Shown: positions 51,295 through 58,916 of the stretch, piece after piece
Layout of the letters: each line of letters begins with the position of its first letter
How positions within the stretch are numbered: the first letter of the stretch is position 1
NCBI GenBank assembly: GCA_021785515.1
Contig: JAJYEX010000002.1
Coordinates: forward strand, 93,328-157,327
From: Pseudomonadota bacterium
GTDB lineage: Bacteria > Pseudomonadota > Gammaproteobacteria > Acidiferrobacterales > UBA6901
DNA length: 64,000 nucleotides
Direction of reading: 5' to 3'
Notes under the pieces: model-generated
Seen by the model: only the letters and a program-made list of their open reading frames with translations
What the model was told of the DNA's origin: nothing
Database searches by the model: none
Program-made: the position numbers and the translations under genes

Positions 51295-54200
51295 TCGCGC
51301 GCCTCATTGCCTGGTCTGTGCGCAACCGCTTTCTGGTGCTCGCGGGCGCCGCGGCTGTGATCCTGTGGGGCATATACGCCCTGGACCGCATCCCGCTCGA
51401 CGCCCTGCCCAACCTGTCGGACGTCCAGGTCATCGTCAAGGCCGATTATGCGGGACAGTCCCCCCAGGTCGTGCAGAACCAGGTGACCTATCCCCTCACT
51501 ACGGTCCTGCTGGCAGTACCCGGAACACGCACGGTGCGCGGCTATTCCATGTTCGGTGAGTCCCTGGTGTACGTGATTTTCCAGGACAACACCGACCTCT
51601 ATGCGGCGCGCAACCTGGTGCAACAGTACCTCAATCAAGTCCAGGGAAAGCTTCCCCGCGGAGTAACCCCCACGCTTGGAGCTCCGGCCACCGGCCTTGG
51701 GTGGGTGTATGAGTATGCCCTCCTTGATTCCAAGGGCGGCTATGACCTGGGCGCCCTCACTAGTCTGCAGAACTGGTTTCTGCGCTATCAGCTGGAGCAG
51801 ATCCCCGGCGTGGCGAGCGTTGCAACGGTGGGTGGCATGAACCGCGAATATCAGGTGGACGTGCGGCCCAGCCGGCTGCTCGCCTATGGCATCCCTTTGG
51901 CGCGCGTGGCAAACATGCTGCGCGCCGCGAACGGCGAAACGAGCGGCGGTGTGGTGGATACCGGTGGGGGGTTTTCCTACCTGGTACAGACCGGCAGCCG
52001 TGGCTACATCCACTCCCGGCGGGATTTGCGCGATATTCCGCTGGACATGGGTCCGAGCGGATTTCCCTTGCGACTCGGCGACATCGCCCGAATCCACACG
52101 GGGCCAGGCCTGCGTTACGGGGTGGCGGATCTCAACGGCAAAGGACAGGTCGTGGGTGGAGTCGTGATCGCCCGTACCAACGCCAATGCCATGCAAGTGA
52201 TCCGGAACGTACGCGCACGAATCAGAGCGCTGCGCAAATCGCTGCCGGCGGGTGTACGCATCGTCACCACCTATGACCGCTCCCATCTGATTGAGCGCAC
52301 CATCTCAACGTTGCGCTCCAAGCTGGTGGAAGAATCCTTGGTAGTGGCCCTGGTTTGCGTGGTGTTCCTGTTCCGCTTGCGCTCGGCGCTGGTGGCTATC
52401 GTCATGCTCCCGGTCGGCATCCTGGCAGCATTGGCCATCATGCAGGCCCAGGGGCTGGGTGCCAATATCATGTCGTTGGGCGGTATTGCCATTGCCATCG
52501 GGGCCATGGTGGACGGCGCCGTCGTGATGATCGAGAACATGCACAAGCACTTGGAGCTGCAAGGTCCCGGGGCGGATCCTTGGCTGGTCGCGCAGCTCTC
52601 GGCCGAGGAAGTCGGTCCATCGTTGTTCTTTTCGCTGCTGATCATCGCCGTTTCTTTCGTGCCCATCTTCGCGCTGCATGGCGAGGAAGGTCGTCTCTTC
52701 CGGCCACTGGCGTTTACCAAGACCTACGCAATGGCCATGGCCGCCGCGCTGTCGATTACCCTCGTGCCGGTGTTCATGGGCTACCTGATCCGCGGCCGCG
52801 TCGTTCCCGAGGACAGAAATCCGCTCAACCGCTGGTTGCACCGTGCCTATGAGCCGCTCGCCCGCTGGGTGTTGCGCCACCGCGCCATGACGCTCGCCGC
52901 CTCGGGCGCGCTGCTGCTGAGCGCGTTCTATCCAGCTGGCCGGATGGGCAGCGAATTCATGCCTCCCTTGTACGAGGGCAACCTGATGTACATGCCGATT
53001 ACCGTGCTGCCCAACGTTTCGGTCGGAGAGGCGGCCTATCTTCTGCAGCAGACCGACAAGGTCATCGCCCGTTTCCCCGAGGTGAAAGAGGTGTTCGGCA
53101 AGGCCGGGCGGGCAAACACCTCCACGGACCCCGCGCCCCTGTCGATGTTCGAGACCATCATCCGGCTAAAGCCGCGCGCCGCCTGGCCGCGTGGAACGAC
53201 CTTGAGCAAGCTCAAGAAGTCCCTGAATCAAGCGGTACGGACGCCGGCGCTCGCCAACGACTGGACCATGCCCATCGCCGCACGTGTGGACATGCTCTCC
53301 ACCGGCATCCGAACACCGGTTGGCATCAAGGTCTACGGCCCGAGTCTTGCCAGTATCCAGCGCCTGGCGATACAAATCGAAAACGCCGTCAAGCACATAC
53401 CCGGCACGCGCTCCGCCTATGCGGCGCGTATCGACCAGGGGCGTTACATCGTGGTGCACGTGAATCGCGCGGCCGCCGCCCGCTACGGCCTCAGTGTCGC
53501 CGACGTGGACCGTCTGGTCAGCACCGCGATCGCGGGTAAGACAGTCACTACAACCGTACAGGGATATGCCCGCTACGCAGTGGTCGTGCGCTACCCCCGG
53601 CACCTGCGGCAATCGCTCTCCGCCCTGGAGGACAGTCTGATCGTCACCCCAGACGGAGAACGCGTGCCGCTGCGCGCGATCGCGCGAGTGGCACGTGAGA
53701 ACGGACCCACGGAAATCGACACGCAGGGTGGCCAGATGTATGACATCGTCACCATCGATACGGGCAACGTCTCCCTTGCCCAGTATGTCGCGCAGGCCAA
53801 GACGGCCATTGCCAGACAGGTGACCATACCGCCCGGTTACACCGTTCGATGGTCAGGCCAATACCGCTTCTACCGGGAAACGCTCGCCCAGATCACATTC
53901 ATCGTGCCAGTCGTGGTGTTCGTCATTTTTCTGCTGCTGTATCTAAACTTCCGGCGGATAGGGGAACCTCTCATCATCCTGCTGACCTTGCCGTTCGGTC
54001 TGGTGGGCGGCATCTGGTTCCTGTATGTGCTCGGTTACAAGTTCTCGCTGGCCGTCGCGGTCGGGTTCATCGCGGCTGCAGGCGTGGCCACCGAGTTTGG
54101 GGTCGTCCTGCTCCTCTATCTCAACCAGGCGCTGGACCGGCGTCGGGCGGAGGGCCGTCTGAGCACGTGGGAGGACGTGCGCGACGCGGTGCTTGATGGC

Positions 54201-54485
54201 ACTACGCGCCGGCTGCGACCCATCAACATGACGGCGATGGTGATCATCGTCGGCCTGCTGCCGATTTTTCTGAGCCGCGGTGCTGGCGCCGACGTGATGA
54301 AGCGAATCGCTGCTCCGTTCATGGGGGCCATGATCACCGCCCCGGCGCTCAGCCTACTGGTTATCCCTGTGGTGTACGCGCTCTGGCAGTGGCGGCGCGT
54401 AGATAAGGAAATGTCTGCCGGGCGCGAGCAGAAAATACTTAAAGAAAATGCAAAACCCGCGCTGGATCCAACAAGGAGCCCTTGA
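51291..54485 (+). CDS. cusA: heavy-metal efflux RND pump (CusA/CzcA family)
   Basis: 1064 aa; ATGA overlap with cusB; MIARLIAWSVRNRFLVL, 12-TM RND architecture, GGIAIAIGAMVDGAVVMIEN. Confidence 0.93.
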   Translation: MIARLIAWSVRNRFLVLAGAAAVILWGIYALDRIPLDALPNLSDVQVIVKADYAGQSPQVVQNQVTYPLTTVLLAVPGTRTVRGYSMFGESLVYVIFQDNTDLYAARNLVQQYLNQVQGKLPRGVTPTLGAPATGLGWVYEYALLDSKGGYDLGALTSLQNWFLRYQLEQIPGVASVATVGGMNREYQVDVRPSRLLAYGIPLARVANMLRAANGETSGGVVDTGGGFSYLVQTGSRGYIHSRRDLRDIPLDMGPSGFPLRLGDIARIHTGPGLRYGVADLNGKGQVVGGVVIARTNANAMQVIRNVRARIRALRKSLPAGVRIVTTYDRSHLIERTISTLRSKLVEESLVVALVCVVFLFRLRSALVAIVMLPVGILAALAIMQAQGLGANIMSLGGIAIAIGAMVDGAVVMIENMHKHLELQGPGADPWLVAQLSAEEVGPSLFFSLLIIAVSFVPIFALHGEEGRLFRPLAFTKTYAMAMAAALSITLVPVFMGYLIRGRVVPEDRNPLNRWLHRAYEPLARWVLRHRAMTLAASGALLLSAFYPAGRMGSEFMPPLYEGNLMYMPITVLPNVSVGEAAYLLQQTDKVIARFPEVKEVFGKAGRANTSTDPAPLSMFETIIRLKPRAAWPRGTTLSKLKKSLNQAVRTPALANDWTMPIAARVDMLSTGIRTPVGIKVYGPSLASIQRLAIQIENAVKHIPGTRSAYAARIDQGRYIVVHVNRAAAARYGLSVADVDRLVSTAIAGKTVTTTVQGYARYAVVVRYPRHLRQSLSALEDSLIVTPDGERVPLRAIARVARENGPTEIDTQGGQMYDIVTIDTGNVSLAQYVAQAKTAIARQVTIPPGYTVRWSGQYRFYRETLAQITFIVPVVVFVIFLLLYLNFRRIGEPLIILLTLPFGLVGGIWFLYVLGYKFSLAVAVGFIAAAGVATEFGVVLLLYLNQALDRRRAEGRLSTWEDVRDAVLDGTTRRLRPINMTAMVIIVGLLPIFLSRGAGADVMKRIAAPFMGAMITAPALSLLVIPVVYALWQWRRVDKEMSAGREQKILKENAKPALDPTRSP

Positions 54486-54865
54486 TGAAAAGTTATTATG
54501 CTGTCGCCACCTTGATTTGCACGATTACCGGTTCCCTGGCCGCAAGCGCCGCTACAGTGCGCATGCAAGGCATGGGGAACATGCCCATGGGAGGTAAGGG
54601 CGGCCCCAACACAACAAGTACGTCGAGCACAGTAAACCGTTACATGGCGCATGGACGGATCAACCACGTGAACAAGACCGCGGGGGAGGTCAACATCACG
54701 CATGGGCCTATCTCGGCGCTGGGCTGGCCGGGGATGACTATGAGCTTCCCAGTGCTGGACAAGACGGCATTGGCCCGCCTCAGGCCTGGAGAGCCAGTGG
54801 ACTTTGATCTGATCCGCAGGCCCAACGGCCAATATGCGATCAGCGGCATCGCTCCGGCCGACTAG
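54485..54865 (+). CDS. cusF: periplasmic Cu(I)/Ag(I) chaperone CusF
   Basis: TGATG overlap with cusA; signal peptide; VNITHGPISALGWPGMTMSF carries the CusF His/Trp/Met/Met ligand pattern; extra N-terminal MQGMGNMPMGG Met-rich stretch. Confidence 0.88.
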   Translation: MKSYYAVATLICTITGSLAASAATVRMQGMGNMPMGGKGGPNTTSTSSTVNRYMAHGRINHVNKTAGEVNITHGPISALGWPGMTMSFPVLDKTALARLRPGEPVDFDLIRRPNGQYAISGIAPAD

Positions 54866-54993
54866 GGATGACGGGAGTTGCATCTGATGTGCGCCTCAGT
54901 TCACACGAATGGCGAAGCCGCACGGGTTTTCCTGCCGTAACCCGCGCGGTCTTGATGAACGGACACGGCAGGTCCTTTAACTGGAGACATCTC

Positions 54994-55209
54994 ATGAAAT
55001 TCCGTATCCGGACTCTGTTATCACCTCTCGTGGTCGTACTGGCCGCCGGTTTCGCGCAGGCGACGGCTGCTGCGTCACCGCATGTCGGAGTGGACCCGAC
55101 CATCAGGCAAATGGAGGCATGCTTTCGCGAACATGGAAAGCTGATGCCTAAACCCGCGGTCACGAACATTTACGACTGCTGGCGGGCGCATGGCTATCTG
55201 ATGCGGTAG
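54994..55209 (+). CDS. small secreted protein (71 aa precursor), unknown family
   Basis: ATG 54994 after GGAGA. Signal peptide MKFRIRTLLSPLVVVLAAGFAQA. The mature part, about 48 aa, has 2 Cys, 3 His and 3 Met. ORF-track start 54868 is unlikely. Confidence 0.55.
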   Translation: MKFRIRTLLSPLVVVLAAGFAQATAAASPHVGVDPTIRQMEACFREHGKLMPKPAVTNIYDCWRAHGYLMR

Positions 55210-55330
55210 AAACTGTATGGGCGAAACGCGCCGGTTGCGGCTTCCTTACAGAGGAGCCGGTGCGCTTTCTGGCCTGTCGGGCGGGCAGCCGCCCCGCCCG
55301 ACGTACACTTTGGTTCCCTGGAGACCCACA

Positions 55331-56020
55331 ATGAAGATGAATTGGACGATGACCCGGCGCCGCCTGATAGCACCGGCAACCGGACTGGCTGTCCTGCTTT
55401 TTGCCACAGTGTCGGCATACCCTGACGCAAGAGTGCATGGAAGCCCGGAGAGGGGACATGCCATTGTTTCCCGATCGTGTGCTGCCTGCCACGGAGCGGA
55501 TGGAAACAGCACGAATCCGCTGTTTCCCAAACTTTCAGGCCAGAATCCCGACTATCTTTATGGCCAGCTGCGTGCATTCAAGGCTGGCGGACGGCAATCC
55601 CGCATCATGGCGCCGATCGCGACGGATATGTCGGATACGGACATGGCTGATGTTGCAAGTTACTTTGCGCGCCAGTCCATCCGGGCAGACCAGGTCCGCG
55701 ATAAAGCCGGGGTTGCCGCAGGTAGGCACATCTTCTATGACGGCGCAAATCATGGAGCCACACCGGCCTGCGCCATGTGCCACGGCGCCTCCGCAGGCGG
55801 CATGTCCATGATGGGAGGCATGATGCATGGAATGCCGATGATGCGGGGCATGATGGCCGCTATCCCGAAACTCAATGGGCAGCATGCCGCTTATCTCGTG
55901 AGGCAGCTGCAGGAGTTCGCATCCGGCAGGCGGCAGAGCATGATGATGAATTCGGTCGCGGCATCGCTGACTCATGAAGAAATGCAGAACGTTTCCGACT
56001 ATCTCGCGGACACGCCCTGA
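55331..56020 (+). CDS. diheme cytochrome c4-like protein with Met-rich insertion in the second heme domain
   Basis: ATG 55331 after GGAGA; signal peptide; heme motifs CAACH and CAMCH; c4-like PKL.GQ....L..QL..F..G.R repeats. The 18-aa segment MSMMGGMMHGMPMMRGMM (55802-55855) directly follows the second CxxCH. Confidence 0.85.
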   Translation: MKMNWTMTRRRLIAPATGLAVLLFATVSAYPDARVHGSPERGHAIVSRSCAACHGADGNSTNPLFPKLSGQNPDYLYGQLRAFKAGGRQSRIMAPIATDMSDTDMADVASYFARQSIRADQVRDKAGVAAGRHIFYDGANHGATPACAMCHGASAGGMSMMGGMMHGMPMMRGMMAAIPKLNGQHAAYLVRQLQEFASGRRQSMMMNSVAASLTHEEMQNVSDYLADTP

Positions 56021-56068
56021 AGCCAACAGAGTGCGTCTGGAACATAGGTGACCGGACCGGACGGGTGC

Positions 56069-56112
56069 ATGGCGAATTCGCAGTCACGCGGTCACCAGCG
56101 GCTGAAACAACG
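56069..56112 (+). repeat. solo copy C of the rve-IS terminal sequence
   Basis: TGGCGAATTCGCAGTCACGCGGTCACCAGCGGCTGAAACAAC compared with TGGCGAATTCATAGTCACGCTGCCACCGGTGTCTGAAACAGC at 45717. Confidence 0.6.
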
Positions 56113-56194
56113 CCGGCAGGGACAACCAGAAAATCGAGCAATGCGGGTGCGATGTTCCGGTTCTCGCTTAGTTGTTCCGGTGTTTTGCCAGTGG

Positions 56195-56227
56195 ATGGCG
56201 AATTATTGTTCACGTCACCACTGGTTC
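56195..56227 (+). repeat. degenerate solo copy D of the rve-IS terminal sequence
   Basis: ATGGCGAATTATTGTTCACGTCACCACTGGTTC, about 70% match to copies A/B; it abuts the IS3-type inverted repeat. Confidence 0.45.
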
Positions 56228-56233
56228 TTGACT

Positions 56234-56575
56234 TGACCTGAGTCCCTTTTTTTAGGTCAGTCTGTAACTGGACTAAAGTGGCGCTCATCAGTCCTCCACA
56301 GGCGGTCCGCAGGACCGATAAGGAGAGCAGGACCATGAAGCGTTCACGGTACTCGGACGAGCAGATTGCCTACGCGCTGCGCCAGGCAGAAAGCGGCAGC
56401 GCAGTAGCCGATATCTGCCTGCAGCTCGGCGTCTAGCGAGGCGACCTTCTACGTCTGGAAGAAGAAATACGCCAACCTGGGCTCGACAGAATTGCGCGAG
56501 CTGCGTGTGCTGTGCGAAGAGAACGCGAAGTTAAAGCGCCTGGTGGCCGATCTCATTCTTAGATAAGCCCAATCG
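56234..56575 (+). mobile_element. IS3-family (IS407-group-like) left end with orfA remnant, truncated
   Basis: TGACCTGAGTCCC.. terminal repeat. orfA starts at ATG 56335: MKRSRYSDEQIAYALRQAESGSAVADICLQLGV-TAG, then a frame shift to EATFYVWKKKYANLGSTELRELRVLCEENAKLKRLVADLIL. No orfB follows. Confidence 0.7.
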
Positions 56576-56828
56576 GTCCATGGGCAATAACCCGGGTGAG
56601 CGGCACCGGGCGCGATTCAGAACCAGAAGTTGCTGCTTCAGAAGCAGGTTCTCCGCCACCACCGACCGCAGACCGCCAGGGCCAAAGAGGCGCGCGAAGG
56701 TCGTTACGGCATGAACCAATAGAAGCAGCAGCGATCGCATGGTGCCGATGCTACTGATCGATCGTACCAACGCAAGACTGCTAATTCGTCACCGGTTATG
56801 ATAGCGAATATCAATTCGCTAGGGAGAG
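56575..56828 (-). mobile_element. 5' part of a second copy of the rve-type IS (terminal repeat plus transposase N-terminus), truncated
   Basis: Inverted terminal sequence CAATTCGCTAGGGAGAG at 56812-56828. The reverse-strand ORF MRSLLLLLVHAVTTFARLFGPGGLRSVVAENLLLKQQLLVLNRAR.....L...DRL is the conserved N-terminus of this transposase family. Similarity stops at the IS3 remnant. Confidence 0.65.
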
Positions 56829-56949
56829 ATGGATCGGGTATCAGTGCCAATGCATGTTGTTACATGGGTCCGACATGCAGCACACAAGCATAAGAATCGG
56901 TAATTGCTGCGCGTAGTTGCTTCGCTCAGAATGGTGAAGAAGCAGTCAC

Positions 56950-57330
56950 TCAAGCGGCGTTTGCTTTGCGCGTTGGCCGGACCAGGGACTCGGCGGGAAT
57001 ACCCAGTCTTCGATGCAGCTCCCAGATCATCCTTAGTGTCAGCGGCCGCTTGCGGCTGAGAATCTCATACACGCGGTTCGTGCGGCCGATCATAGGCTCC
57101 AGGTCTTTCACGATTAGACCCTTGCTTTCCATGGCGTACTTGATTGCCTCGACCGGATCGGGCAGGTCCAGCGGGTAGTGCTTGGCTTCATAGGCTTCCA
57201 CCAACGTGACCAGCACTTCAAGGCGGTCACCCTTGGCCGTGCGCGGCTTGGCCTGCATGAGCGCCTCGATTTCCTTGAGCGCCGCCTGATAATCGGCTTT
57301 CGTTTTGACGGGTTTGATGTCCATTGCCAT
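56950..57330 (-). CDS. higA: HigA-2 type antitoxin (N-terminal extension plus C-terminal HTH)
   Basis: IKPVKTKADYQAALKEIEALM......GDRLEVLVTLVEAYEAKHYP, then the HTH GRTNRVYEILSRKRPLTLRMIWELHRRLGIPAESL. Confidence 0.85.
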   Translation of the reverse strand: MAMDIKPVKTKADYQAALKEIEALMQAKPRTAKGDRLEVLVTLVEAYEAKHYPLDLPDPVEAIKYAMESKGLIVKDLEPMIGRTNRVYEILSRKRPLTLRMIWELHRRLGIPAESLVRPTRKANAA

Positions 57331-57336
57331 GGATCC

Positions 57337-57639
57337 TCAGATTGTCTGTACATCGATCCGATCGTACTGCACATGCGTTCCGATGAACCGGACATAGACC
57401 ACGCGATAGCTATAGTTGATCCAGACCACGATTCGGTACTTGTTGCCCGCGATATTGAACACGGCCCGCCCATTCTTGAGAATACTGGCGGTTCGGACAT
57501 CGCGTTTCAGCTCCGCCGGCGATTTCCAGTCTGCTTTCAGCGTATGCCGGTACCACGCGAGGATGGGTTCCTTGGCGTCCAGACGGGAGGCATTCTGCTC
57601 CCAGAAGGACTTCAATGTACGTAACGCGATCACTCGCAT
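57337..57639 (-). CDS. higB: HigB-2 type toxin (mRNA interferase, HigB_toxin family)
   Basis: MRVIALRTLKSFWE.......AKEPILAWY......DWKSPAELK......ASILKNGRAVFNI.GNKYR..V.I.Y....V.VRFIGTH..YD.IDV. Confidence 0.85.
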   Translation of the reverse strand: MRVIALRTLKSFWEQNASRLDAKEPILAWYRHTLKADWKSPAELKRDVRTASILKNGRAVFNIAGNKYRIVVWINYSYRVVYVRFIGTHVQYDRIDVQTI

Positions 57640-57649
57640 TATGGAGAGT

Positions 57650-57670
57650 GTAGTCCCATTATGGGACTAC
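57650..57670. promoter_or_regulatory. perfect palindrome upstream of higBA-2 (candidate operator)
   Basis: GTAGTCCCA-TTA-TGGGACTAC, 9-nt arms, starting 11 nt upstream of the higB-2 start codon. Confidence 0.55.
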
Positions 57671-57746
57671 CGCAAGTTTGGGGAGCTCCAGCGCGTTGGG
57701 ACTGGTGGTAAATGGGGGAGATAGGGATGGTATCATGCCCTGCCGG

Positions 57747-57788
57747 TGTCGAATTCCTTCACATGCACCACCGGAATCTGAAAGATCC
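57747..57788 (+). repeat. degenerate solo copy E of the rve-IS terminal sequence
   Basis: GTCGAATTCCTTCACATGCACCACCGGAATCTGAAAGATCC shares the GAATTC..TCA..G..CACCGG..TCTGAA backbone of copies A-D. Confidence 0.4.
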
Positions 57789-57997
57789 CCGACAATGGGA
57801 TAGACAGCCGAATCGTTCTGACGACTCAAAATGGACAAGCGGATTACCATAGCCGCGACCTTGCTTGGGTTTTCTGCGTATTCCGGCCCAATCCTGCCAC
57901 TCCGGTAAGGGGCCAGTTGAGGCCTATCAACGCGGGTTAACCAGCCGGTTGTTGAATTTCACCGATATATGAACCCACGATTGCGCGGGTTATGGAT

Positions 57998-58112
57998 CCA
58001 GATGCATTGTCGGAAGCGCTTTGAATAGATGAATGAATTGATCAGGCTGGATGGGTCAGCGTTCGATGCAAAGGAATGAAGTTATGGGGTCATTTTAGCG
58101 TGCAAATCAACA
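57998..58112 (+). repeat. 115-nt direct repeat, right copy
   Basis: Gap-free alignment to 47939-48053 (about 83% identity by eye). Its last bases supply the stop codon of the truncated PLP-enzyme gene. Confidence 0.8.
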
Positions 58113-58757
58113 GCCGGCGGTGATGTCGCTGTGTCCTCCCAGGTACTTGGTGGCGCTGTGAACGACCAGATCTGCTCCGAGCTCCAAAGGCCGCTGGTTC
58201 ACCGGTGAGGCGAAGGTATTGTCCACGACAAGAAGTGCCCCATGGCGATGGGCAATATCCGCCACGGCCGCAATGTCTATAATTTCAAGAGCCGGATTGC
58301 TCGGTGTTTCCAGAAACACGAGCCGCGGACCGGATTCCAGCAGAGGCTCGAGCCGGTCGAGCTCCCGCCCAAGTATCAGGTGTGTTTCGATGCCGAGCTG
58401 GGGCAACTGGGCGTCAAGCAGCTCCAGGGTTCCGCCGTAGGCATCACCGATGCACACGATTCCCTTTCTGCCATACGCGAAAAACACGGACGTTTCGGCG
58501 GCCATGCCGGAACAGAACACCCACGCAGATTCAGCCTCCTCAATGCTCGCGAGCTGCGCTTCCAGAGACTGAATGGTCGGGTTGAGGCCGTAACGCGTAT
58601 AGAGGCTTCCCGGTTTGCGTCCTTCCACCACGTCGAGCAGCGCCGCCGTGGAGGCAAAGCGAAAGGTGGTGGTGTTATAGACTGGCATGCTAGGGGAGCC
58701 GTGAACGTCAGTGGTCTCCCCTGCGTGGATGGTGCGGGTCGCGAGTCCTTGTGTCAT
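58107..58757 (-). pseudogene. Cys/Met-metabolism PLP-dependent enzyme (cystathionine gamma-synthase / O-acylhomoserine sulfhydrylase family), 3'-truncated
   Basis: TIHAG, YTRYGNPT-like LYTRYGLNPT, CSGMAA, VVDNTFASP, HSATKYLGGHSDITAGC-stop. The ORF ends 12 codons after the PLP Lys, whereas family members continue for about 170 aa. The break coincides with the repeat boundary. Confidence 0.8.
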
Positions 58758-58916
58758 GAATCGGTGCTCCTCTTGGCAGATCTTGATGGCTTCGGTGTAC
58801 CCCAGCGACGCCGTCGTCGTGCTGGTGCAGGTCAGAAATCGTTGTCAGACACCCCCGGCAGATGACACGCCAATGTTCTTAGAAGTCGGTCGGTTCGAGC
58901 AAATGAAAGGCGATTC

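Noticed and set aside
45710-56828. Idea that a single IS was split in two by insertion of the 10 kb cus segment
   Set aside because: The left fragment has its own inverted terminal repeat at 46262-46278, fused directly to mid-transposase sequence. It is therefore a separate, internally deleted copy. About 125 central codons are absent from both fragments.
57659-57850. 63-aa ORF in the 390-nt gap between higB-2 and the right 115-nt repeat
   Set aside because: It has no start context or motifs and spans the palindromic operator and a degenerate IS-end copy. It is treated as non-coding scar DNA.
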